From assembly GCA_000004985.1 (NCBI GenBank), contig GG738874.1: a stretch of DNA of 64,000 nt; one strand, 5' to 3'. A program made the translations under genes and the position numbers. The DNA is from Naegleria gruberi (taxonomy: Eukaryota). Position 1 is the first letter of the stretch. Each line of letters begins with the position of its first letter. The notes under the pieces are model-generated. The model was not told where the DNA came from. It saw only the letters and a program-made list of their open reading frames with translations, and ran no database searches. Below are positions 34,236 to 45,062 of this stretch, one piece after another.

Positions 34236-34637
34236 ATTAATTAGTAGTGGTGGCTGCTGGAGCTCTACGAACAAAGATCTTTCCTACAACTTGTGGTGCA
34301 AAGAGTTTTACATATCTCAAAACTAGAGAAAGTGCTGGTACAGTTTCTATAAAAACATCACATACTCCTCTAACACATCCTTCCAAAAATCTACTAAGAA
34401 AAGTTTCTCCGAGCGAGAGTGGTTGTTGTGCTGCTTGTTTTTTATCCATTTTTTAAAGTTTATTTATTTCCAATTAGAAGTGAAACACCACAATATTTCA
34501 TCCCACTAAACAACAACAGTATGGCTCATCATTACAAAAATTTTGGCTGGAAAATAAGCACAGCGCCCCTCAAGTCGTTTAATAAGAAAGTGGCCAGAAA
34601 AATATTGTAGTGTAATAGATTTTCATAAATTAATAAA

Positions 34638-37600
34638 TTACATTTGGTGGTTGTGAATAAACTCTTCCATGGATCTTTGATTTTCATCTCTTTGTGGAGC
34701 TTTGAGTTTGATAATCTTAACAAACTCTGGATCCTTATCGACAATGGAAACATCTTGTGGAGTAATGATAATGAGCTGTCTTGTTGGATGTTTGGCTTTA
34801 GCTGTTTTCAAAATCAAATCCATGGCAGTCTTTCTGTACATATTATCCATGAACACATCAAATTCGTCTACAGCTCTAAATGGAGTTTCAACAAGTTCCC
34901 AAATTGAAAGTAAAAAGCTCACAGTTGTGAAAGATTTTTCTCCACCAGACAAAGACTTGGCATCTTTAACAGTTACATGACTACCATGAGTAGCCATATG
35001 AATAATAAATTTAAGGTCTCCATCCTCAACTTCTATTTGCCCAGAGTGACCCTTTTGACTCATGTAACGACCAAAGAATTGAGATACAGTAGAAATAGCA
35101 GAGGATCTAATTGCCAGCATGGTTCTAGTTCTGGAATTAACACCCTCTTTGGCCATTTTAAGGGCATCACGGCAAACCTCTAAGTGTAGTTTCTTTTCGT
35201 CATATGTGCGTTTATAGTCAAGATAATCTTTCTTGACATCTGAAGCATTGATATTTCCAAGTCTTTGTTGTTCTCTATCTATCAACTTTTTAATTGCATC
35301 AATTCTATTTCCCAGTACTCTAGGATCTGCATTGGTTTCTATATATGGACAACCATCTGAAGCAGTATCATGACTTCGATCCATCAACTCCTTGCTTAAG
35401 GTCACTTCTCTTTCCTTCTTTTCTAGTTCTTGCCTGTAACTGAAAATCTCATTATCCATTGTACGACTATTACGATTCTCATCTTCAATTTGTTTCAAGA
35501 TGTTAAGTACCTCTCTATCACGGGTTTCTTTTTCTTGTTGTGCCTCCATAACACTTTGTCTGCTTTCTGCTGCTTGTTGGTTGAGTTCATTCAATTCAAT
35601 CTTTAAATCCTCCATTTTCTTCTCTTCCTCTTTAAGTCTTTCTCTATTAGAGGCAATCTTGTCTTGGCAAATTTTAATTTTACCCTCAAGCTCTTCAATA
35701 AACTGTTGATCGTTGTCTTCCTCATTTGCTATTTCATCGATATCCTTCTTTTTCTTGTTTATAACTACTTTCAGTGAATCGATTTTTTTTGAGGAAGTTT
35801 TAATGCTATCAGTCAACTTGGAAAGACTTTCATATAGCCTATCTGCTTCAGAACGGAGTCTTTTCTCTGTCACCTCTACTTCTTTAACCTTTTTTCTGAG
35901 TTCTTCGGCAGCTTTCACTCTTGCTTGAATTTCTTCTTCCACACTCTTAGTCCATAATTTACTTCTTGGAGCATTAGCAACATCTGTCACAGCACTTCCA
36001 CCTTTTCTAAAAACTCTTGTACCTGTAATGGTAATAGCCTCATATTGTGGGTATTGATCTATAAATGATTGTGCTTCTTTAAGATTTTGAATGAGCACAT
36101 TTCTTTCAACTCTAGACTGGTTAATAAGCATATTAATTAATGTTGATCTGAGAACCTCAGTATCATCATACTTCAAAGGAGTGCTCCTAAGTGCATTCAA
36201 ATCTACATCTAATGTATGATAAATAGTGGTATGACCGTGAGGGAGAACCTTACTTAAATCATAAACCGAGTTGGTATATTGCTGAATGATGTGCGTAAAT
36301 TTGACACCAGTTTTCTTCTTGATTCTGTTCAATTCTTCTCCGTCTTTGAAATTATCAACAATAAATCCATTTAAATTTTTGATAAGAAATTGCTCAATTG
36401 CAGCGGCCCAATCTAAATACTCTTCTTTAACGCTTAAAAGCAATCCCAAAGGTCCTATTGGCGGCTTAGAAAAATTCTTGCTCTTGCTTAGTTCAGAAAG
36501 GAAATTTTTCATTTGTGCTCCTCCCACCATTGCAAATTTATCAGTTCTACTTTGCTTGAGTTTACTCTCTTCATCTTGTAATTTTCTAATATCTTCCTCT
36601 ATACTGCCTCTTTCATGTCTTGTCTGATTTTGTTGAGTAGTCAATTTCTCCCTGTTGACCTTAATGCCTGTGGCTTCTTCTTCGTATTGTTTCTTATTTT
36701 CTTCTATTTTGTCGATATCTGATTGAATTTTATCTATTTCCTCCTGTTTGCTCTTGATAGCTGACTCTTTATCAGTCTTATTCTTTGAAAGTGTTTCATT
36801 TTTGTTTCTGTCGAAAAGTTGAATTTCTTGTTCCAGAGCAGTTATTTCTCTATTGATTTTTTGTCTAGTTTGCTGAGAATTTTTTGCTCTAGTTTCAATA
36901 TCCCTTTTCTTGTTAAGCACATTGCTAGCCTCTTGGTTTAGCAGGTAAATTTTTTTGCCAATACTTTCAATCTCTTCATCAATTTGGAACTTCCTAGTTG
37001 TTAACTCTGAAATCCTAGTCCCTGAAGATGAGTTTTTCTTCTCAATTAGTTCATCTAAACTTCTTTTAAGTGCATCTCTCAATTTGACCTCACCTTCATA
37101 CTGAACCCTGTTTTTATGGTAGATAGCCCAACCCCTTTCAGATTGTAAAGCAGTCATATCATTTCTAAGCTCATCTATCCTTGTTGTTTCTTTGTAAAGG
37201 TCTTCTCTTTTTTTTAATTCTTCTGTTGATTCTTGAAAAGCGCTTATTTTATCAGCATACATATCTTCCATAATCTTATTGTTCTTGTTTGCTTGAGCAA
37301 TATTTTCCTCCATATCTTTAATTTGAGTCGCACGCAGGAAAAATTGATATTTCTTGGCCTCAGAAGATCCGGCCAAAAATTCTCTACTGATATCTTGAGT
37401 CATGCAGGTGGTAGGATTTTCTATTTGAATATTGAAAGAGTGTAAAATGATTGCCAATTCCTTGCTAGATTTTGAAATGGTCTTTCCTTGACTATTTTGA
37501 ATTTTGAGAGTAGTGCTACCTGCCTTGGAAATACCCTTTACAATAATAATGGATCTTCCATATAGTTCTTTCTTGTATGCATCTCTTCCTTGATTTCTGA

Positions 37601-38003
37601 GTCTAATCATAATTTCAGCATGTTCTTTTCCTGACATGACTAGATCCTTAATGGAATTACCTCTGTTAGTATTCTTAGCCTTCGATCCAAGCCCAACTTG
37701 GATTGCTGTAAGAACAGCACTTTTACCACTACCGTTCTCACCGTGAATAATAGTTGTTCTGTCATGAAATTCCACTTTAAAGTTAGGGTGACACATAAAG
37801 TTCTTCAATTTAATTTCTTCAATAATACCTGCTTCAAGGTTTTTTCCATCTTCTGCATCAAAAGCAGTTTTATCTTTCCTTTTCTTACTTTTTTGTGTTA
37901 ATTTTGGTGCTTCTTCCTCATCCGATTCCTCTATTTGTGTATTTGGTATTTCCTCCTCTTCATCAGATTCAATTTCTTGTTGTCTTTTTCTCTTGCTTGT
38001 CAT
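34638..38003 (-). CDS. SMC6: SMC6 (structural maintenance of chromosomes protein 6), 1121 aa, intronless
   Basis: ATG 38003. Walker A IIHGENGSGKSAVLTAIQVGLG near the N-terminus, long coiled coils with a central hinge, and C-terminal signature/Walker B LSGGEKSFTTVSFLLSIWELVETPFRAVDEFDVFMD. N-terminal acidic/KRK-rich tail. Confidence 0.9.
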   Translation of the reverse strand: MTSKRKRQQEIESDEEEEIPNTQIEESDEEEAPKLTQKSKKRKDKTAFDAEDGKNLEAGIIEEIKLKNFMCHPNFKVEFHDRTTIIHGENGSGKSAVLTAIQVGLGSKAKNTNRGNSIKDLVMSGKEHAEIMIRLRNQGRDAYKKELYGRSIIIVKGISKAGSTTLKIQNSQGKTISKSSKELAIILHSFNIQIENPTTCMTQDISREFLAGSSEAKKYQFFLRATQIKDMEENIAQANKNNKIMEDMYADKISAFQESTEELKKREDLYKETTRIDELRNDMTALQSERGWAIYHKNRVQYEGEVKLRDALKRSLDELIEKKNSSSGTRISELTTRKFQIDEEIESIGKKIYLLNQEASNVLNKKRDIETRAKNSQQTRQKINREITALEQEIQLFDRNKNETLSKNKTDKESAIKSKQEEIDKIQSDIDKIEENKKQYEEEATGIKVNREKLTTQQNQTRHERGSIEEDIRKLQDEESKLKQSRTDKFAMVGGAQMKNFLSELSKSKNFSKPPIGPLGLLLSVKEEYLDWAAAIEQFLIKNLNGFIVDNFKDGEELNRIKKKTGVKFTHIIQQYTNSVYDLSKVLPHGHTTIYHTLDVDLNALRSTPLKYDDTEVLRSTLINMLINQSRVERNVLIQNLKEAQSFIDQYPQYEAITITGTRVFRKGGSAVTDVANAPRSKLWTKSVEEEIQARVKAAEELRKKVKEVEVTEKRLRSEADRLYESLSKLTDSIKTSSKKIDSLKVVINKKKKDIDEIANEEDNDQQFIEELEGKIKICQDKIASNRERLKEEEKKMEDLKIELNELNQQAAESRQSVMEAQQEKETRDREVLNILKQIEDENRNSRTMDNEIFSYRQELEKKEREVTLSKELMDRSHDTASDGCPYIETNADPRVLGNRIDAIKKLIDREQQRLGNINASDVKKDYLDYKRTYDEKKLHLEVCRDALKMAKEGVNSRTRTMLAIRSSAISTVSQFFGRYMSQKGHSGQIEVEDGDLKFIIHMATHGSHVTVKDAKSLSGGEKSFTTVSFLLSIWELVETPFRAVDEFDVFMDNMYRKTAMDLILKTAKAKHPTRQLIIITPQDVSIVDKDPEFVKIIKLKAPQRDENQRSMEEFIHNHQM

Positions 38004-39257
38004 TTTACTATGTACAAATAAATAAATAAATTAATGATGATATTCCGTAAAGTGATAATTGTAGTAGAAAGTTTAATCAACTTTAATAGGCTTTTGATGT
38101 CCTCTATGATGTGATGTTGTCTCCACACAATTAACGTATTTTTTTTGTTCTTCCTCCTGCTGGATTTGTGCAACGAAGAAAACGAATAGATTTGTTTTTT
38201 TGTTTTGGCGCCAATCACATTTTTATGTCTATCCATTAACTCTTATCTAACATAACTTTTTAATCTCACTATACTAAGCACCTTGTAACAACAGGACAAT
38301 TTTAATAACCTTCAATACTTCCAAGTCCCTACCGATGCTATGTAAAGCAAAATAGTCGTGCTTCATCATCACTTCCTTCAAATCAGAGAAAAAAAAGCTT
38401 TGTGTGCATACCGTTCACTGTTTTTGTAAGCACCAAAGAAATTGATTAACAACCACAAAACCAACAACAATTAATATCATCGTCATCATAATAGTACAAT
38501 CTTATCTCGAATATATTAATATATTTATTATTACATAATAGTGGAGATGAGTAATAATCAAGCAGTTGTAGCTGGAGGTAAAAGAAATCAACAAGATGAA
38601 AAAACAAATGTAACAACAAATAATAATAATAATAGAAAGGAGAATGGTAAACAACATACTGATGATCATAGGAGTGATGATAACGCTTCATCTGAAAAAC
38701 ATTATATTGTTAAAAAAGGTGATTTTTCCTCCGATAGAACAATTTGTCATATGATGACTGAGAAGAAGTAGGTTTTAATCTAATTGAATTTAAATCTTGA
38801 ATATTTGTTTAGAAATAATGATAGAGTATTTTCAGTGATAGTAGAACAATCAGTTGTGTGTGGAATTATTGATCATACATATTCCGATCATAATAACGAG
38901 GTTAGTTTGACAAATATTCAATTCGAATATTCATTATTTGTTGAAGGTTATTGGATTGCTAGGTGGATTTTTCGATGAGAAGAGTTATGTTGTGTACATT
39001 AGTTGCTTCAAAGCTCTCAAGAGGGATATTGGAAATATTGCAATTGATGGTGTTGAATGTGATCCAAATGAGCTAATCAAAGCCCAAGAGTTTTTCCAAG
39101 AAAAGTAAGTTATTTACAATTTGTGAATTTCTAATTTAATGAAATTAATAGAGATTTGATTTTTTGTGGATGGTATCACTCTCAGTAAGTACAATATATT
39201 GACGACAATTTAATATTTAATATTATATAAAGTCCAAGGATACCACCTTTTCCATCT

Positions 39258-40499
39258 ATGAAAGATTTACAAATGCAATTTGAAATGCAAACACAAGCAC
39301 AATATGCAGTTGGATTAATTTGCTCTGCATACTATAACGAGGGAACAACTATGAAAAAAAGTGAAAAGCATAGTTTTTATATGAATTGTTTTAGAGTGGA
39401 AGAAAAGAAGGGAAAGTACGAGGCCTTAAAAGTTTCCTACACTGTTAATAACACTGGTGTTCTGCAATACGAAACCCAAAATGAAATGGTAAAAACTCTT
39501 AATACTGGACTTGCTGAGTCTAAAGATACTTTCACAAGACTATTTGAGCAAGCTGTGAAGGAAAACAACAAATCAAAACAGCTGTATATTATGTCAAAAT
39601 ATCAATCATTTTTATTTGATTTTTGGAATAATTCCATAAATACAAGATCAAGAGTACTTAGGCAAGATATTGAAAATTTGAGAGCACAAAATACATTTTT
39701 GAAAAAGAAACTAGACGATTTAAATAGAAAGAAGGATGTTTTAGAACCTAGAGAGCCAAAAGAGAAGAAAACAAAACATTATGGCAATGCTAAATTAATT
39801 CATGGAAATAAGTCTGTCTCACTCAGTTCTGTTCATGTCGTAAACAGTCCTTCATTTAATCATATTGATTTTATTGAAAATGAAAGAGAAACTCTCAGAT
39901 TAATTGATGAGGAAGAGGAAATTAGTGAAGAATCAGTGATAGAACAACCTCCACCACCTCCTTCAATAGAATTTCTAGAAAATCCAAGAATCAGACATCA
40001 TAATAATGCAGCCTATCATTGTTACAATAAGGCAATTGTAAATGGAATGACATACAAGATTGGTGATCATATCAGAGCAGAAACCATAAGTAATGGGAAT
40101 GTTACAGTTCAACCAGCAAGGATACAGGATATCATTTGCTTAGATATCAAGAATCCAGATAGATTCTCAGTTACATTCTTCCATGTTTTATATTATTATG
40201 GAATTGGTGTGGTGAGGACATGTATTCCAAAAGATGTTGCAGATAAGCATTTCTCTGATTCTGGTGAAGAAGAAATAGTTCTCTACACAAATCCATTCCA
40301 ACTATTCCTACAACCAAACAAGGTTTATGAAAAGATTTTCATTTATGATTATGAGGCATGCATCAATTTGAAATATGGTGGAAGAGCTCTCAGTCCCAAT
40401 CAACAATTATACTATTGTAGATATCAATTACGACATGTTGAAAATGCCTTTGTAGTGGAAGATATTGACCCAACAACATTGGACAAATTGGCTCATTAG
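39258..40499 (+). CDS. protein with a C-terminal BAH-like domain (413 aa ORF); additional 5' exons may lie in 38541-39240
   Basis: C-terminal ...YKIGDHIRAETISNGNVTVQPARIQDIICLDIKNPDRFSVTFFHVLYYYG...EEIVLYTNPFQLFLQPNKVYEKIFIYDYEACINLKYGG fits the BAH pattern (Y.vGD.V........a.I..i......wfyrp.E.......E.f.s......). Upstream ORFs 38541-39120 carry GTAAGT/…AG signals but could not be joined cleanly. Confidence 0.45.
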   Translation: MKDLQMQFEMQTQAQYAVGLICSAYYNEGTTMKKSEKHSFYMNCFRVEEKKGKYEALKVSYTVNNTGVLQYETQNEMVKTLNTGLAESKDTFTRLFEQAVKENNKSKQLYIMSKYQSFLFDFWNNSINTRSRVLRQDIENLRAQNTFLKKKLDDLNRKKDVLEPREPKEKKTKHYGNAKLIHGNKSVSLSSVHVVNSPSFNHIDFIENERETLRLIDEEEEISEESVIEQPPPPPSIEFLENPRIRHHNNAAYHCYNKAIVNGMTYKIGDHIRAETISNGNVTVQPARIQDIICLDIKNPDRFSVTFFHVLYYYGIGVVRTCIPKDVADKHFSDSGEEEIVLYTNPFQLFLQPNKVYEKIFIYDYEACINLKYGGRALSPNQQLYYCRYQLRHVENAFVVEDIDPTTLDKLAH

Positions 40500-40722
40500 A
40501 TGAAATTCAATTCTTTCAATCTCCAATTCTCTATTATTTATTTAATAATAGATCTATTCTCTCGGAATTTGCATGGAGTACACCAATTTAATGCAAACAA
40601 TTTAACAATAGTTACCCTTGTGAAAAACATCAAGGATCCAAAAAGTAGTGAAATTCAACAATAATTTTTCACCCAACATCATTAAATTTAATTTTATTTT
40701 TAAAATTCACAACTTCAAAAAA

Positions 40723-41553
40723 ATGTCTGAGCAAAACACCAAGAAGAATAAACCAATCAAAGCCAAAAAGAGTGCTGATAAGAAACTTGAACAAAAAACC
40801 GATGAAGAAATTCAAGATATGATCACAACAACACAATCTGGAGATGTTATGGGAGAAGTTGAAGAATTGGATTTTCCAGAAGATGATTTCTTGAAGGAAA
40901 TTGAAGAACAATTTGAAATGGTTTCTGCTCAACAAGCTTCGGAAGCTGCTGAATCGAGGAAAAAGAATAAAGTAGCTATCACTGAAGAACCAGTTCCAAA
41001 GTCAGATGCTGAATTAATTATGCAATCCGAGAATTCAGTGAAATATCAAAAGGCTCCAGTTTCATTCAGAGTTAATATTGTCAGAAAGACGATAAAGATG
41101 GTTATTATTCTTCACAAGATTCCAGAAAAGTATATTAAACTCGATGTTGAGGATGACCATTTCACAGTTGATACTCTTGGATATACTAGGAAATTATGGT
41201 TACAAAGAAAGTTCCCAGGTTTGATTAAAGTTAACAAGGAAAAGGTTGCTGCTCAATTTTTGAAGAATGGATTGGTTTTGGTAACTCTGCCAATTGTATC
41301 AATTCCAAAGGAAACATTTGACCATCATTTAGGATTAATCAAAAAAAAGCATGAAAGTAGAAAGATCAAATTCCCAACACCTGTCAAACAAAGTATTATT
41401 AAGAGTGCTATCAATTTGGAAAAGAAACGTAAACGAAGAGAAAGACAAAAGGAAAAGAAGGAGTTTATTGCACAAAATATGGACTTGAAGCAAAAGAAGA
41501 AGAAGAAGAAAAAGACCAATACAACTGAAACAACAACTGCTGAACAAAAGTAA
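40723..41553 (+). CDS. acidic protein with a CS/p23-like (HSP20-like) domain, Lys-rich C-terminus
   Basis: ATG 40723. Central ...APVSFRVNIVRKTIKMVIILHKIPEKYIKLDVEDDHFTVDTLGYTRKLWLQRKFPGLIKVNKEKVAAQFLKNGLVLVTLPIV resembles a CS domain. Family assignment is tentative. Confidence 0.4.
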   Translation: MSEQNTKKNKPIKAKKSADKKLEQKTDEEIQDMITTTQSGDVMGEVEELDFPEDDFLKEIEEQFEMVSAQQASEAAESRKKNKVAITEEPVPKSDAELIMQSENSVKYQKAPVSFRVNIVRKTIKMVIILHKIPEKYIKLDVEDDHFTVDTLGYTRKLWLQRKFPGLIKVNKEKVAAQFLKNGLVLVTLPIVSIPKETFDHHLGLIKKKHESRKIKFPTPVKQSIIKSAINLEKKRKRRERQKEKKEFIAQNMDLKQKKKKKKKTNTTETTTAEQK

Positions 41554-41583
41554 AAAGTGTGAATCAAAATTTTTATAGAAATT

Positions 41584-44500
41584 CTACTCTTTCTTGGATG
41601 AAGGAATGAAAACTTCCTTAGCTGGGGCTCTATTATTGTAATTGGACGACATACTGAATCCATAACTTCCTGCTGTACAAATGCAAAGAACATCACCTTC
41701 ACGTGTTTCACTAGATATTGGTCTATCATTACCAAAAACGTCACCACTTTCACAAATTGGTCCCACAATATCGGCAACCATTGTACTTTCAGCTGGATCA
41801 TCACTATCAGGATTGCTGATCTTGGACAAGTTGACAATTTCATGATGGGAATTGTACAAGGTTGGTCTGATGAGTGAGTTCATACCAGTTTCAATACCAA
41901 TAAATAATTTGAAATTCTTATTCTTAATTTGTGTAACACGAGCTAACAAGACACCAGCATTGGCTGTCAAAAATCTTCCAGGTTCCATACAGAGCTTGAC
42001 ATTTGTTGGATTATTATTTAACTTGAATTCGGTCATAGCTTTAGCAACTTCGCCCAAATCCAATTCAGTTTGCTTGTAAGGCACATAAGGAACACCAAGA
42101 CCACCTCCACAGTCAATTAATTTAACATCTTTAGCCAATTTTGGATATTCTGAAATGAGTTGAGTCAATGTAGTAGCAGTCTTCTTCCATGCTTCAGCTT
42201 CATCCAAAATACCACTTCCAACGTGAGCATGCAATCCCATAACTGTAATACTAAATTGTTCACACAATTCAATGGCTTGAGGAATGTCACTAATGTGAAT
42301 ACCAAACTTGGATTGAACACCACTTGTTTTAACCTTAGCATGGTGACCCTTACCTGCACCTGGATCAATTCTCAATAGAACAGACTTACCCCTCAGTAAT
42401 TCTGACCAATTCATGAGTGGATAAAGAGAATCAATGGTTAACATGACTCCCAATGAGATAGCTTCTCTATATTCCTTCTTTGGAGCAAAGTTTGGAGTGA
42501 ACAAGATTCTACTCTTATCAATATTAGGGAAGAGATTACAGACCATTCTCACTTCATCAATGGAGACACATTCCAAACCGAAACCGATACCTTCGAATAT
42601 CTTGAGAATTTCAACATTTGGATTGGACTTGATAGCAAAGAAAATGGTATCAACTGGTCCTCCACACTTAGTTGAAATATTGATGAGCTTTTGAGCATTG
42701 GCATAAAATTGATCAACATCATAAACATAGAGAGGTTGATCTTCAGCTTGCATCAATTCGAGAAGTTGATTTTGCTTGACACGCCACCAAACATGTTTAC
42801 CACTGACATCGTTAATCTTTTGTTTTTGAGTTTCGAAAAGTTCAGTCCAAGATGGTCCAATATATTGGGAATCAATGGCTTGCTTAATAAAGACCCAATC
42901 GTGTAATTCTTTCAATAATTGTTCATTGGAATTGTTTTGATCGAGCAAGAAAGTCAAATTGACATCAGAGGCAGCCAAGGCAACAGAATGAATCTTTTGT
43001 CCAGAGAAATACTTCAAACCAGATGAAAGACGAGGCAAGAATGATCTAATATTCTTACCAATCAATGACAAGGCAGCACATGGTCCAATAATTTCAACTC
43101 TGCAATTCATAGATCTTAAATCATTAACAAGCTTGTTCAAAATATCATTGTCCAACTTGGCTGTAGCATCAAAAGTGATGGTAATATTGGCCTCAGAGGT
43201 TGTAACAAAATCTACAGAAATATTATACTTTTTGAATTTGGAGAAAACATCGGCCAAGAAACCAACTTTTTGCCACATATCCAATGTATCAATAGATACC
43301 ATAAGAATGTCTCTTCTGATACAGATGCACTTGACGTGTGGTGTCTTTTCTTCATAGGTTAAACTTGTGACGTGTTCTTCTGATGACTTTTCTTCATCAT
43401 TTTCACTTTGAATGAGAGTAATATATTCCTTATCAATTTGCCCAGATTGGAAACGTTTCAAAAGCTTGACAGATCTAATTCTAATTTGAATATCGAATTC
43501 TTGTAAGAGCTTGAGACTTCTTGGTTGTAAAATCTTAAAGTTATCAGAGGTGGCAATTTCTAATGCTTCATGATAAGATAATTCCAAAACAAACTTGGCA
43601 TTTGTTGTTTTCATGTCAGAGGATGTGTAAATTCCACCAGTATTTGTCCAAAAGTCCACTGAACCAATATCAAGTTTAGTAGCATAAATTGCCACAGAGA
43701 GGTCAGAATTTGAACCTCCAACTCCAAAGAGAACAACATCACCCTTTCCATCACAACCCATATTTCCTTGAGTGATGAGAATGTCTGCTTCACTGGTTTT
43801 TAATTCTTCAATTAAATCAGTATCAACGAGTGGAGAATCATAATTGGCTCTCAAATATTGGTCTTGCTTTCTTTGCTCGTAAATGGTAAAGTTGACCTTA
43901 TCACTGTGGGTCACTTCTTCAACAGCCGTAGTTAAATACTTCTTGCTATCTAACAAGGCAGCTGAAAATGAATGATTAATTTCTTCAGATTGTAAGAATT
44001 CTAACAAGAAATTGCAAACCATTTCACTATAATATCCAATAATTTTAGCAATAACCTTTGGTGTAGATTCTGATAATAAATTAACTCCAATAAGGGATTG
44101 TTTCATCTTTGCTCTATATTCATTAAAAGTAACAGTTTCAAGAGCTGGATATTGCTTGTACAATTGACAGAGTGGTTCTAAAAATTCAGTCAAATATCTT
44201 TCAACAATACTTTCAGATTGAAGTGATTCAAATGAATCATCATCCTTCTTTTGTGATAATGATTGAATATATTTCAACATTTTAGTACCTTCATCTTCAT
44301 TCAATGTAGAAGGAGCAACAATAATAATCTTTGCATTTTCATCCAATTCATGTAAACGTTTCTTCTCCGATACAATTTGGGACAAGATAAAATTCAAACC
44401 CTTCTTTTTAGTTAATAAACCAGAATCAAACGTGCACAAGTAAAATTTAGAATGATGATGAGTTTTCATCAATGAAAGAGTGTTTGATAAAACGGAACCC

Positions 44501-44646
44501 GAAGCAAAAACAGGAGAAGTTGAATATGATGATAAACTATTTATATGATGTGATGATGATTCAACTCCTTCAAATACTGTATTCTCATCCAACAAACGCT
44601 CCTCTCTTCTGAAGAAACTATCCGAACTATCAGAATTGTTCATCAT
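41584..44646 (-). CDS. lysAC: bifunctional aspartokinase / diaminopimelate decarboxylase (LysC-LysA fusion), about 1020 aa, intronless, with a ~100-aa Ser-rich N-terminal extension
   Basis: First ATG at 44646 (the ORF track starts at an upstream TTG). Aspartokinase core ...VVLFGVGGSNSDLSVAIYATKLDIGSVDFWTNTGGIYTSSDMKTTNAKFVLELSYHEALEIATSDNFKILQPRS... plus an ACT region. C-terminal PLP-dependent DAP decarboxylase (AIKSNPN Lys-PLP site, ...CESGDVFG..., ...CICTAGSYGFSMSSNYNNRAPAKE). Confidence 0.85.
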   Translation of the reverse strand: MMNNSDSSDSFFRREERLLDENTVFEGVESSSHHINSLSSYSTSPVFASGSVLSNTLSLMKTHHHSKFYLCTFDSGLLTKKKGLNFILSQIVSEKKRLHELDENAKIIIVAPSTLNEDEGTKMLKYIQSLSQKKDDDSFESLQSESIVERYLTEFLEPLCQLYKQYPALETVTFNEYRAKMKQSLIGVNLLSESTPKVIAKIIGYYSEMVCNFLLEFLQSEEINHSFSAALLDSKKYLTTAVEEVTHSDKVNFTIYEQRKQDQYLRANYDSPLVDTDLIEELKTSEADILITQGNMGCDGKGDVVLFGVGGSNSDLSVAIYATKLDIGSVDFWTNTGGIYTSSDMKTTNAKFVLELSYHEALEIATSDNFKILQPRSLKLLQEFDIQIRIRSVKLLKRFQSGQIDKEYITLIQSENDEEKSSEEHVTSLTYEEKTPHVKCICIRRDILMVSIDTLDMWQKVGFLADVFSKFKKYNISVDFVTTSEANITITFDATAKLDNDILNKLVNDLRSMNCRVEIIGPCAALSLIGKNIRSFLPRLSSGLKYFSGQKIHSVALAASDVNLTFLLDQNNSNEQLLKELHDWVFIKQAIDSQYIGPSWTELFETQKQKINDVSGKHVWWRVKQNQLLELMQAEDQPLYVYDVDQFYANAQKLINISTKCGGPVDTIFFAIKSNPNVEILKIFEGIGFGLECVSIDEVRMVCNLFPNIDKSRILFTPNFAPKKEYREAISLGVMLTIDSLYPLMNWSELLRGKSVLLRIDPGAGKGHHAKVKTSGVQSKFGIHISDIPQAIELCEQFSITVMGLHAHVGSGILDEAEAWKKTATTLTQLISEYPKLAKDVKLIDCGGGLGVPYVPYKQTELDLGEVAKAMTEFKLNNNPTNVKLCMEPGRFLTANAGVLLARVTQIKNKNFKLFIGIETGMNSLIRPTLYNSHHEIVNLSKISNPDSDDPAESTMVADIVGPICESGDVFGNDRPISSETREGDVLCICTAGSYGFSMSSNYNNRAPAKEVFIPSSKKE

Positions 44647-45062
44647 TTTTTTTAATTTCAATTTTTATTTAAAAACGAAAATTATAATTGTTAATACCCA
44701 AATATTAGATGTGATGATATCCAAGATGAAGTAATGACCTGTTTAATATTATTATAATTTAATCATGGTGATGACCTATTCATCTCAGAAAGTGGCCCTA
44801 ACCTTTTTTGGATATCTATTACAGTGTAACATTACTATGGGGATATCAAGAGATGATTTTGGCGCCAAATTTCAAAGCTTTGAAAATATCAAGGCTTTGT
44901 TAATTTAAAGTTTAACTCAATAATAGCAAGTAAAGGGAAACAAACTTTGTGCAAAGTAAAAAAAACAAACACAACATCACTCTCCATCATTCTCCTGATT
45001 GAGTCAATTCAAACAAGCCTTTCAGCACAAGATACAACACAGCAATCGTTCTCATCATTAGC

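Noticed and set aside
38541-39240. Small ORFs upstream of the BAH-domain ORF (38541-38771, 38784-38978, 38979-39110) that might be 5' exons of that gene
   Set aside because: GTAAGT donors are present, but I could not find a combination of junctions that keeps a continuous frame into the ATG at 39258. They are left unannotated rather than forcing a model.
41584-44661. Possibility that the LysC-LysA fusion gene reflects bacterial contamination of the assembly
   Set aside because: Its AT-rich codon usage and poly-Ser/Asn N-terminal extension match the host genes. It is flanked within 30-400 bp by spliced eukaryotic genes on the same contig.
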